Source: Candidatus Sumerlaeota bacterium (GTDB lineage Bacteria > UBP6 > UBA1177). Taken from it: DNA of 31,003 bases. Below, in pieces: positions 9,447 to 18,736 of this stretch (position 1 is the stretch's first letter; every line of letters starts with the position of its first letter). The notes below the pieces were generated by a model, which was given only the letters and a program-made list of their open reading frames with translations, was not told where the DNA came from and made no database searches. The stretch is from the NCBI GenBank assembly GCA_007136595.1, contig SLGQ01000158.1:1-31003 (forward strand). Direction: 5' to 3'. The translations under genes were made by a program, and so were the position numbers.

Positions 9447-10856
9447 ATGCCAGAAAAAGCAAAGTTAAGAAAAAGGTTACTTTATGACCTGTCTCCTATT
9501 CCTTCCGTACCTGTAAATGTGGAAGCAAGGGGGAAGCTTGAACCGGAAGTAAGGGTTGTTTACAACCAGGATGTTCTCCTTGAATCAAAAAGGATGACCG
9601 GTAGTTTTAAAATCGGTACGAATGTTAATTCAGACTGTGTTCTTGACGAAACAGTTTTTGCAGAGTCTGCTTTTAACTTGACATCTACAAGCGGGAAACA
9701 GTTTGTTGTGAATCTTCAAAAAGATTTCAAGGGAGCCGTGTATAATGGTGACCAGAAAACAAATCTTGAAGATTACATTGGACAAGGGAACACAAACATT
9801 GAAGTTGATGATAAAACGATGGTTGTGTTGGAATTCGGCAAGATCTCGATATGTGCTTTGAAGTCACCGGTTGAACCTTTAAAAGGTGGCGGTTTTTTCA
9901 AAAATATCGATTTTGCCTTTGCCATAATAACACTTTTAGTTTTCATCATTGGGCTTTTTGTTGTAAATATGGTTATTGAAACTCCTCCTATCGAGGTTGA
10001 TATTTTTGAACTTGACAACAGATTCGCAAAGTTGATCGTTGGCAGTGAAGAAGATATTAAAGTCGAAGATATCGAGGAAGAAAAAAAGGTTGAACTTGAA
10101 AAACCTAAAGAAGGTCTTGTTGAAGCAACTCAACAAAGAAAGTCTCTCGGTGATGAAGGTAGAGTCGGAGACAAAAAGAGTCAGGTAGCTAATGCACAGG
10201 GTTCTGCCAGAAGAGGGCTTGATGCAAAAGTTGCTCAGAGTTCCGGTATTATGGGTGCTTTGTCATCCGGTGCTCAAAACTTTGACAGAGTTTTCGGTGG
10301 TGGTGGACTTGGTGCAGGTATGGAACAGACACTTGGTTCAGTTACAGGTCTTTCGGGTGTTGACCAGTTTGGTTCCGGTGGTCTTGGAACAAGAGGTTTC
10401 GGTACCGGTGGTGGTGGTAATGCCCTTGGTATCGGTGGTCTTGGAACAAGAGGCCGTGGGGGCGGAGCTGGTGGTAAATATGGTATGGCAGCGGGTCAGA
10501 TAGGTAGAAAAGGCCGCTCTGAAATTACAGCCGGTGGTGGACAGGCGGTTATCATGGGTGCTCTTGACAGGTCTGTTATTGATGCATACATTAGAAGGAA
10601 CCTTGCTAAAATAAGATGGTGCTATGAAAAAGAACTGGCAAAAGATCCTAAACTTTTTGGCAGAATTGTTATTAACTTTACTATTTCCGGAACAGGTGCT
10701 GTAAGTCAGTCAAAAGTAAACAGAACAACAATGGGTAACCAGACAGTTGAAAACTGTGTTGCAAACCAGATCAGAACAATTCGTTTCCCTGCTCCCAAGG
10801 GCGGTGGTATTGTTATTGTAAACTATCCGTTTGTGTTTAAACACACTGAAGGTTAA
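9447..10856 (+). CDS. gltG: GltG (AgmX/PglI C-terminal, TonB-like) energy transducer
   Basis: N-terminal cytoplasmic beta domain, one TM (FAIITLLVFIIGLFVV), Gly-rich linker, C-terminal TonB_C-like domain LDRSVIDAYIRRNLAKIRWCYEKEL...FPAPKGGGIVIVNYPFVF. Confidence 0.85.
   Translation: MPEKAKLRKRLLYDLSPIPSVPVNVEARGKLEPEVRVVYNQDVLLESKRMTGSFKIGTNVNSDCVLDETVFAESAFNLTSTSGKQFVVNLQKDFKGAVYNGDQKTNLEDYIGQGNTNIEVDDKTMVVLEFGKISICALKSPVEPLKGGGFFKNIDFAFAIITLLVFIIGLFVVNMVIETPPIEVDIFELDNRFAKLIVGSEEDIKVEDIEEEKKVELEKPKEGLVEATQQRKSLGDEGRVGDKKSQVANAQGSARRGLDAKVAQSSGIMGALSSGAQNFDRVFGGGGLGAGMEQTLGSVTGLSGVDQFGSGGLGTRGFGTGGGGNALGIGGLGTRGRGGGAGGKYGMAAGQIGRKGRSEITAGGGQAVIMGALDRSVIDAYIRRNLAKIRWCYEKELAKDPKLFGRIVINFTISGTGAVSQSKVNRTTMGNQTVENCVANQIRTIRFPAPKGGGIVIVNYPFVFKHTEG
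10376..10453 (+). repeat. Exact 21-nt direct repeat inside gltG-like (GGLGTRG twice)
   Basis: CGGTGGTCTTGGAACAAGAGG at 10376-10396 and at 10433-10453. Confidence 0.9.
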
Positions 10857-11509
10857 TGGGGGCAAACATGAAAAAATTGTTTTTGATTTTGATTCTGCTT
10901 TTCAGTTTCGCAATTTTTGCTGAAGAAGAAGAAGAAGCAACAGGTGATATTTCGGGAAGTGATCTTAATCCTGTTGTAAGAGGATTAAACTTTAAGCTTG
11001 CCGGTGGAATACTTGCCTATGTAGGTAAAGCCGGTGGCAGTAATGCAGCGAGCCCGATCGGTACCGCTTTTAAGTTCAATATGGGTTATGATTTCAATAT
11101 CAATGATGCAATGGTCATAGGGGCTGCACTTTCGATAGGTAAATTGCAGTATAATGTCCGCCCGAACGATGCCGATGGACTTGATCAGAACTATAAGGAT
11201 TCTCCATGGTATGAACATTACTCTCCTCTTTCCGTAGGTCTGGACATTGATCTTACATGGCTTATTAATCCAAGATGGGAGTTTGGAGCAGTTATCGGTT
11301 TTGATTATTATGCTTTCGGAAAAACATATAAATCGGGCAGCACTACAAAAACCAACGATGGAAACATTGCTGTCGGAGGCGGTCTCATATTTGAATATTA
11401 CACATATACCAGAAGATTTTCCATTGGTACTTCCGCAAGATTCAACTATATAATTGATTTTGACGGAATGAGTATCATGGTTACACCTTTTATGAAGTAT
11501 TCATTCTAA
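10856..11509 (+). CDS. gltH: GltH/CglE (NfsH)-like small OM beta-barrel
   Basis: TAATG overlap with gltG, or alternative ATG 10868 after a G-run; signal peptide; amphipathic strands; ends FMKYSF (aromatic beta-signal); last gene of the cassette. Confidence 0.65.
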   Translation: MGANMKKLFLILILLFSFAIFAEEEEEATGDISGSDLNPVVRGLNFKLAGGILAYVGKAGGSNAASPIGTAFKFNMGYDFNINDAMVIGAALSIGKLQYNVRPNDADGLDQNYKDSPWYEHYSPLSVGLDIDLTWLINPRWEFGAVIGFDYYAFGKTYKSGSTTKTNDGNIAVGGGLIFEYYTYTRRFSIGTSARFNYIIDFDGMSIMVTPFMKYSF

Positions 11510-11521
11510 GCTATATATCAA

Positions 11522-12331
11522 GTGGTTTGCAGGAAAAAATCTAATTTACCCATCGGCATATTCGACAGCGGTGTCGGAGGGCTTACTGTTTTTAAAGAAG
11601 TCCGGAAAATACTTCCTGCAGAAGATATTGTTTATCTCGGTGATACAGCCAGAGTACCTTACGGAACAAAATCACCTGAAGTCGTAGTAAAATATTCTGT
11701 TCAAAATGTAGAGTTTCTGCTGTCAAAGAATGTCAAAGCGATCGTTGTTGCGTGTAACACGGCATCTGCTGCCGCGCTTCCACATTTAAAAAAGAGCTTT
11801 CCTGAAATTGAAATAATAGGAGTGATCGACCCTGTTGTAGATCATATCAGACAATCGATGGCAAACATTAAAAAGATCGCAGTTATCGGAACAAACACTG
11901 CCATATCTTCAGGAGCATATCAGAATCTACTGAATGAGATGGCAGGGGTTACAGTTTTTTCCAAAGCATGTCCATTATTTGTACCTTTGGTCGAGGAGGG
12001 TATGCTGGATCATGATATTACATATTCAATAATTGATATGTATCTTTCAGAGATAAAAAAGGAAAAAATTGATGCAATAATTCTTGGCTGCACACACTAT
12101 CCGATGCTTAAAGAGTCTATCAGGAATTATTTTGGACAGAGAGTCTCTGTCCTTGACACTGCGTATTACACGGCTTTAAGCTTATCTGAAACTTTTAAAA
12201 ATCAAAAAATGAATAAAATATCAGATCAGCCGGGCAAAAACAGTTTCTTTGTTACTGACAGTGTTGATATATTTAAGAATACTGCTGAATCTTTCCTTGA
12301 TTTTCAGATAAGTGAAATATTTCATATATAA
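11522..12331 (+). CDS. murI: Glutamate racemase
   Basis: Motifs IGIFDSGVGGL, GDTARVPYG, VACNTAS and LGCTHYP, with both catalytic Cys present. Confidence 0.97.
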   Translation: MVCRKKSNLPIGIFDSGVGGLTVFKEVRKILPAEDIVYLGDTARVPYGTKSPEVVVKYSVQNVEFLLSKNVKAIVVACNTASAAALPHLKKSFPEIEIIGVIDPVVDHIRQSMANIKKIAVIGTNTAISSGAYQNLLNEMAGVTVFSKACPLFVPLVEEGMLDHDITYSIIDMYLSEIKKEKIDAIILGCTHYPMLKESIRNYFGQRVSVLDTAYYTALSLSETFKNQKMNKISDQPGKNSFFVTDSVDIFKNTAESFLDFQISEIFHI

Positions 12332-12341
12332 AAAGTTGCCT

Positions 12342-12369
12342 TTGCAATAATATTTTTATAAAATATTCT
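12342..12369 (+). promoter_or_regulatory. Possible sigma70-type promoter for cassette 2
   Basis: TTGCAA (12342-12347), 16-nt spacer, TATTCT (12364-12369), upstream of the G-run RBS at 12383-12387. Confidence 0.3.
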
Positions 12370-12390
12370 GCGTAAAACTAAAGGGGGTTC

Positions 12391-13149
12391 ATGATGAGAA
12401 AATTATTTTCAGCATTGATCGTTTTGGCAATGCTAAATATCCTGCTTCTTGCAGAGGAAACTGACACCTCTGATATCAATGTGAATACAGGTGAGATTGA
12501 AAATGAAATATCTGAAGAGAGTGAAAGCGAAGCCGCTGTAAAAGATGACATTCCTGCAAAAGATGAGCGGAGTGCCGTTAAAGAAGTTTCAGATCCGGAA
12601 GAGCAGGGTTATAATATAAAACTTAGAAACCTTGAAGAAAACATCAACTCACTGAAAGATAAGATATTCAGGTCAAAACAAAGACTGGCAATATTGCAGG
12701 AAACAGTTTTGAGTGGTTCCATTGCCGGTGCAAGAGCAAAAATAATTCATAAAAACAATGTCGGACATGCATTCAGACTGGTTTCAGCCATTTATTACCT
12801 TGATGACGCTCCGGTTTTTAAAAGGATAAATCAGCCTGGAGAACTAGCGCAACCGGAAATAACCGTTTTTGAAGGTTCGGTCGTTCCGGGACCTCACCAT
12901 ATTTCAGCATACTATGTTTATGAAGGCAAAGGCTTTGGTATTTTTTCGTATATGAAAGGATATACTCTTAAAATTAAATCGGGTCATTCATTTATTGTCG
13001 AAGAAGGCAACATTGTTGAAGTTAAAGTTTCTCCCGGAGATAAAGGCAGTTCACGAAAAATCGATGAAAGGTTGTATATCTCTTTTGATGTGTCAAAAAG
13101 AATGTATCAGGCACAATTTGATAGTGAACAGGGGTTAACCGAAAAGTGA
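12391..13149 (+). CDS. Secreted coiled-coil + beta-sandwich protein of unknown function
   Basis: Signal peptide, acidic linker, heptad helix LRNLEENINSLKDKIFRSKQRLAILQETVL, then a beta-rich domain; GTGA overlap with the next gene. Start may be 12394. Confidence 0.7.
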   Translation: MMRKLFSALIVLAMLNILLLAEETDTSDINVNTGEIENEISEESESEAAVKDDIPAKDERSAVKEVSDPEEQGYNIKLRNLEENINSLKDKIFRSKQRLAILQETVLSGSIAGARAKIIHKNNVGHAFRLVSAIYYLDDAPVFKRINQPGELAQPEITVFEGSVVPGPHHISAYYVYEGKGFGIFSYMKGYTLKIKSGHSFIVEEGNIVEVKVSPGDKGSSRKIDERLYISFDVSKRMYQAQFDSEQGLTEK

Positions 13150-15428
13150 AAATAATGATTGTTTTAAAATTTTTCATATTTATACCGTTGTTTTTTTTCT
13201 GTCTGTCGTTGTTTGCCCAAATTTCAGAAGAAGAAGATTTTAAGCTCCGGATCGACAATGTCAGATCAGAAATTGTCAGGATCGGGCATCTGTCTGAAGA
13301 AGCTCAGGCAAAGTACCTTTCTCCTCTTATAATGGAAACGGGATATACCGAGTCTGTTTCAAATAAAATGGACAAGGCAAAATTTTATTTTGAGAACAAA
13401 GACTATATTTCATCGGGCAGTATATATTATTCAGTTGTCATGTCCATGGAAGAAAAAGATGCAGTATGGGAGAAAGCACTTTTTTATCTTGCGGAATCTT
13501 TATACAATAACAGGAATTATATTTCCGCTACCAGGTATTATGAGATGCTTATTACCGGAAATCCTGAAACAAGTTACAGGTATAATTGTCTGACCAGGCT
13601 TATCGGTGCCGCCTACAGATTGGGTAACTACAGTGGCGCAAAAAATTATTACTCAATATTCATGGATGCCGGATATGATATATCAAGAGAGCCTGATCTC
13701 GCCTACTACCTGGCTAAAAGTATGTTCTTTGATGGTTATGCAAAAGAAGCGTTCAATGTTTTTTCAACTATTCAGGAAAAAGACAGATACTTTCTCCAAA
13801 GCAGATATTTCCTTGGGGTTGTAGAGTTAAGGCAAGAGAATTTTGATGCTGCCATGGGGTATTTCAATATTATTATAAACTCGGAAAAGGCACCCCATTT
13901 TCACAGTTATAACGCAATAAGGGATCTGGCGCTTCTTGCATCTGCAAGGATAGCTTTTGAATTGAACGATCTGGTGAAAGCTGTAAGGTATTATCTCAGT
14001 TTAGACAAAAGATCGCCCCATTTTTCACAAGCTTACTATGAACTTTGCTGGACATACATCAAAAGAGGAGAGTATCAGAAAGCAATAGAGGCATTAAGAC
14101 TGATAAAGTTCATTGACCCCAATTCGATCGTTGTTCCTCAGGCTGAAATACTTGAAGGATCACTTTTGATAAAGCTTGAAAGATACGGGGAGGCAATGGT
14201 TCTTTTTAATTCCATTGTCGAAAAATATGGAAAAATAAAAGATGAACTTTATTCTTTGGATGGGAAAAATTTTGCCAACCGCAAATTTGATGAACGGTCA
14301 ATTTTCAGCCCCTTTTCTCCCATTGCAAGGTCACTTTTACAGGATAATAAAAAATATTCGAATGCAATTTTTCTTTATGATGATATCGTTGAGCTTGAGA
14401 AGGAAATAGAAAGAACAGAACAGCTTGAAAGAAGACTTGGAGCTGTTATTCTGAATCAGAATGCGGCATCGGTGTTCCCTCCTTTGAAAGAAGGTTCAAG
14501 TTTGGCACTTTCATTGCAGAATCGAATTGTCGCTGCAAGAAACGATCTTATGGAAATACAAAGGGAACTGATCTGGACTACTCTCGGTGAATCTGAAAGG
14601 GAACGGTTTACAGAGCTTGAAGAGGAAAAAAACAGGCTGTCCGGTTCAATTGCAGGGATGCCTCTTTCATCGGAAGACCTTAAGGAAAAAGCTGCTGAAT
14701 ATGCAAGAAAAATACTTTTGATGGAAGAGGAGTTGAACCGAATAACTATTCAAGTAAAAACTTTTCTCAACCAGCTTGACGGAATCAACTCTTTTCATAG
14801 CAGAAATACTCCTCCCGATATGGAATCAAAGCTGTCGGAGAGAATTGAAAAAGAGAAACTTGAGATATCTAAGATCATAGATGAGCTTAATTCCTATAAA
14901 AGAGCCGTCGAAGATGAAAAGAACAGACTTGTTCTCGGTGGAGATATGGTAAGCCGGATCATAATCACAAGAAACTCGCTGAACAGAATAATCGAAGAAC
15001 AACAGCAAATCCTTTCTTCGGCAAAAGGGGCAACGGAATACGCTTCCGAGATAGAAGTGCTGCTTCAGGACACAGTTGAAATCGAGAAGTCACTTGAAAA
15101 TTTCTACTCAGAAATGAACAGGGTTGTTACAGAAATAATTGATAAGATAAGATCCAGTTATGAAAGAGAACAGGACAATCTAAATGAATACAAGAGCAAA
15201 CTGCTTTCAATAAAAAGAGAACTGGAAGAAATGGCATCTTTGGCGCTGTTCTCCAACATAAACCGGGTAAGGACAGTATTTTCGGACATAGTTCTCAAAG
15301 CTGATCTGGGGATCATTGATGTTGCCTGGGAGAAAAAGGATAAAGCTTCAGATGAAATTTTAAGGCAGAGAATAAACAGAGCAGAAGAAATAAGGGCTCT
15401 TTACAGTGATGTGGAGAGTATTGAATGA
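13146..15428 (+). CDS. TPR + coiled-coil protein (GltC paralog)
   Basis: Signal peptide; TPRs (ALFYLAESLY, SRYFLGVV, LALLASARIAFE, AYYELCWTY) that parallel 2556-4205; long C-terminal coiled coil. Confidence 0.7.
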   Translation: MKIMIVLKFFIFIPLFFFCLSLFAQISEEEDFKLRIDNVRSEIVRIGHLSEEAQAKYLSPLIMETGYTESVSNKMDKAKFYFENKDYISSGSIYYSVVMSMEEKDAVWEKALFYLAESLYNNRNYISATRYYEMLITGNPETSYRYNCLTRLIGAAYRLGNYSGAKNYYSIFMDAGYDISREPDLAYYLAKSMFFDGYAKEAFNVFSTIQEKDRYFLQSRYFLGVVELRQENFDAAMGYFNIIINSEKAPHFHSYNAIRDLALLASARIAFELNDLVKAVRYYLSLDKRSPHFSQAYYELCWTYIKRGEYQKAIEALRLIKFIDPNSIVVPQAEILEGSLLIKLERYGEAMVLFNSIVEKYGKIKDELYSLDGKNFANRKFDERSIFSPFSPIARSLLQDNKKYSNAIFLYDDIVELEKEIERTEQLERRLGAVILNQNAASVFPPLKEGSSLALSLQNRIVAARNDLMEIQRELIWTTLGESERERFTELEEEKNRLSGSIAGMPLSSEDLKEKAAEYARKILLMEEELNRITIQVKTFLNQLDGINSFHSRNTPPDMESKLSERIEKEKLEISKIIDELNSYKRAVEDEKNRLVLGGDMVSRIIITRNSLNRIIEEQQQILSSAKGATEYASEIEVLLQDTVEIEKSLENFYSEMNRVVTEIIDKIRSSYEREQDNLNEYKSKLLSIKRELEEMASLALFSNINRVRTVFSDIVLKADLGIIDVAWEKKDKASDEILRQRINRAEEIRALYSDVESIE

Positions 15429-18400
15429 AAATTCTTATCATAGTCTTTCTTTTTTTATTTTTTACACCCTATATTTATTCCGAGACAGAAAACTCCGGTT
15501 CACCTGAAGAAGGAACGATAAGGTTTGTTGTTGATGAAGAGCTTTTCAGTGAGAGTTATCTTGAAAGGCAAAAACTGCACTACGAATCAATAGTCAAGGA
15601 ATATCTGGAAGAGATACAGACTTTGGTAAGAAGGAACATAGAGGAAAGAAGAAGAGCTATCGAGCGTAAATATGAACCGGTAATCGCAAGGGAGCTTGAA
15701 AAAGAGGCTCAAAGCAGATCAGATGCCATTGTACTGTTTGAAGAGTTCATCAGAAGATACCCCGACAACGAAAAATATACTCCGGGAGCAATGTACAGAC
15801 TTGCCGAGCTGTATTATGAACGGTCTGTCATTGAGCAGGAAAGAAGGATGGTTGCTTATGAAGATGCAATCGCCGCACTGGAGAGAGGTGAGATAACCAA
15901 AGAACCTGAGATCCCGGTAATAGATTTTTCTCCCACGATAAAACTTTACAGAACTATACTGGAAACTTTCCAGGACTTTAAATATATGGGAGCGGTTTAC
16001 TATATGCTGGGATACTGTCTCCATGAGTCAGGGGAACCGGAAAAAGCTGTAAAGGTCTGGTTGGAACTTATGGAAAAAGGCATTGAAACTCCTTATATCG
16101 CTGAGCTTAATCTGAGAGTCGGAGAGTTTTATTTTGATAATAATCAGCTTCCTGAAGCTGAAAAGTATTTTGAAAAAGGGGTAAAATATACAGACAGTGA
16201 ACTGTTTGATAAAATTCTTTATAAACTTGCATGGACATACTACAGACAGAACTTCTTTGAAAAAGCTGTTGAAACATTCACGGAACTTATAATGTTTGCT
16301 GATGACATGTCGTCTAAAGGTATTGACCGAGGTCAGGATCTCAGACCGGAATCTATCCAGTATATTGCCATCAGTTTTGCTGATGAAGAATGGGGAAGTG
16401 TTGATAAAGCGATAGAATATTTCTCAACAATAGATGGCAGTAACTTTGAAAAAGATGTGTTCGAGCAACTTGGGAAATATTACGGTGAAAACAGTTATTA
16501 CTCCGAAGCTGAAAAAGCTTACAGGTTCATACTGAATAAATACCCGAACTATGAAAATGCCCCCAGAATACATAACAGTATGATAAGACTTATGTATCAG
16601 GCGAGAGAGTTTGACAGAGCATCCAGAGAGACCGCCATATTTGCCCAAATGTATGATCAGGACAGTGAGTGGGTAAGAGTTAACAGAGGAAATGCCACGG
16701 TGGTGCAGGAAGCTAATGAGTGGGCTCGTGAAGCTTTGCTTAATACCGCCGCATTTCATCACAGGCAGGCTCAGGCTTTCAGAGAAAGAGGAGATGAAGA
16801 GCGGGCTGTGGAAGAATATAGGGCTGCAGCTGCCGCTTATGGTGATTATCTTGTGAAATTTCCTTATACCGCCGACAGTTATGACATAACTTTCAGTTTT
16901 GCTGACACCCTGTTCTATTCGGGAGAGATAGAAAAAGCCGTTGTCGTGTATGAACGGATAAGGGATGACCAGCATCAGGATAAAAACAGAGAAGATGCCG
17001 CATATCAGACTTTTGTTTGTTACAATATCCTTTGGCAGCAGTCGGAAGACAGCAAGATAAAGGGAACAGAAAAAAGAGGAACCCCTTTTTCTCTTCTTGA
17101 AAGAAAGCTTATTGAATCGGGAGATATATATTTTCAAGTTGCAAGAGAATCCATAGAAGGAAAACCCGCCATAGCCTACAATGCGGCAAGAATATTTTTT
17201 GATCATGGGGAGTTTGCAGAGGCGGAAAGAAGATACTTGAGCATCATCAATGAGTTCCCTCAGCATGAGATATCAATATTGGCTGCAAGGGATATTATCG
17301 CTTCATACACAGAAAGGGAAGACTGGGTAGGAGTTGCAAGATGGTCAAAAATATTGAGTGAAAGGCTTTCTCCGACAGAAACGGAAAGCAGAGTAGTTGA
17401 GCAGGAATTTACAACATATAGAGCAGGTGCTCTTTTTATGTATGCACAGAAACTTGAGGAAGAGAAAAAATACAGGGAAGCGGCAGCAGAGTATCTCAGG
17501 ATAGTTGAAGAAAATCCATATAACGAAAATGCGGACAAAGCACTTTCCAATGCCGCTATAAACTATCAGCGAGCGATGATGTTTGACTCTGCCTTACAGC
17601 TTCACGAAAGAATATATAAAGAATATCCTTATTCTGAGTTGGCTCCGCAGTCACTTTTTCTTGTAGGAAGTACGGCTGAAAGGAGTTTTGACTTTGAAAA
17701 AGCGGTAGATGCATATAAATTGTTATATGAAAAATACCCCGCATATCAACGGAGAAATGATGCAATATATAATGCAGGGTTTTTGCTGGAAAGACTGAAA
17801 AGATATAGAGAAGCGGCAACATTTTACAGGCTGTTCTACAATGAGGCAAAAGAAACACCTGAGGGCAAAGAAGCTCTTTATCTTGCAGGAACAATGTACT
17901 GGAAAGCTGAAGATTGGAGAGCAATGATCAAAAGTTCTCAGAACTTTATAGACACCTTCAGTAATGATCCCGAAGTTGCTCATCTCGTTATGAGATCGTA
18001 TTACAATATCGCTAAAGTTTATGAAGAAAAACTGAACAACTGGAATCAGGCAAAAAGGGTATATCAACAGATAGTTGATTATTATGAAAATAATGAGGTG
18101 AAATCTGAAGAAGCGATCCTTTATGTTGCTGAAGCTCAATTCAAGCTGATAGAAGATGATTTCAATGCCTATGTGAAATTGAAAGTTGGCGGACGGAATG
18201 AAAAGGCGCTTGAAGAGAGTTTCATGAGAAAGAGAGATTCAATAGCTCCTCTTATAGAAAGATATACAAATATAATGACCCGTTACCCTGCTGCAGAATG
18301 GGTACTTGCTTCAATGTACAGGATAGGTTATATACTTCAGAACTTTGCAAGCACATTGATGAATTCCGAGCCTCCTCCCGGAATGGGCTTCGAGGAAGAG

Positions 18401-18736
18401 GAAATTTACTTTGCAATGCTTGAGGAACAAATAGCGGGATTTGAAGATCAGGCTGTTGATTATTACTCAAGAGGTTTGGAGAGAGCAAGAGAGTTGAGAG
18501 TGTTCAACAGATGGACACAGCTTATGACAGACAGACTTTCTTCGTTGAGAAGTGCAGAGTTCAGTTTCGGGAAAATTCCCATTTATGCTGCTGACAAAGA
18601 GTTTGATTCAGGATTTCCTTTGTTGCTGTCGCTTAACAGGGTAGAGAAAGCTGAATATCAGAGGGCAGGTCTTGCTGAGGAAATTGATGCGGAAGTCGAA
18701 AAAGATAAAGCTCCGCCGGAAGGAGAAAATGAATGA
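15425..18736 (+). CDS. Large TPR protein (GltD paralog)
   Basis: RSDAIVLFEEFIRRYP...AMYRLAELYYE and ILYKLAWTYY parallel the same segments of 4245-7874; ATGA overlaps at both ends. Confidence 0.75.
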   Translation: MKILIIVFLFLFFTPYIYSETENSGSPEEGTIRFVVDEELFSESYLERQKLHYESIVKEYLEEIQTLVRRNIEERRRAIERKYEPVIARELEKEAQSRSDAIVLFEEFIRRYPDNEKYTPGAMYRLAELYYERSVIEQERRMVAYEDAIAALERGEITKEPEIPVIDFSPTIKLYRTILETFQDFKYMGAVYYMLGYCLHESGEPEKAVKVWLELMEKGIETPYIAELNLRVGEFYFDNNQLPEAEKYFEKGVKYTDSELFDKILYKLAWTYYRQNFFEKAVETFTELIMFADDMSSKGIDRGQDLRPESIQYIAISFADEEWGSVDKAIEYFSTIDGSNFEKDVFEQLGKYYGENSYYSEAEKAYRFILNKYPNYENAPRIHNSMIRLMYQAREFDRASRETAIFAQMYDQDSEWVRVNRGNATVVQEANEWAREALLNTAAFHHRQAQAFRERGDEERAVEEYRAAAAAYGDYLVKFPYTADSYDITFSFADTLFYSGEIEKAVVVYERIRDDQHQDKNREDAAYQTFVCYNILWQQSEDSKIKGTEKRGTPFSLLERKLIESGDIYFQVARESIEGKPAIAYNAARIFFDHGEFAEAERRYLSIINEFPQHEISILAARDIIASYTEREDWVGVARWSKILSERLSPTETESRVVEQEFTTYRAGALFMYAQKLEEEKKYREAAAEYLRIVEENPYNENADKALSNAAINYQRAMMFDSALQLHERIYKEYPYSELAPQSLFLVGSTAERSFDFEKAVDAYKLLYEKYPAYQRRNDAIYNAGFLLERLKRYREAATFYRLFYNEAKETPEGKEALYLAGTMYWKAEDWRAMIKSSQNFIDTFSNDPEVAHLVMRSYYNIAKVYEEKLNNWNQAKRVYQQIVDYYENNEVKSEEAILYVAEAQFKLIEDDFNAYVKLKVGGRNEKALEESFMRKRDSIAPLIERYTNIMTRYPAAEWVLASMYRIGYILQNFASTLMNSEPPPGMGFEEEEIYFAMLEEQIAGFEDQAVDYYSRGLERARELRVFNRWTQLMTDRLSSLRSAEFSFGKIPIYAADKEFDSGFPLLLSLNRVEKAEYQRAGLAEEIDAEVEKDKAPPEGENE

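Noticed and set aside
10376-10453. 21-nt direct repeat as a mini-CRISPR or mobile-element footprint
   Set aside because: Only two copies, in frame within a Gly-rich coding linker, with no cas or transposase genes.
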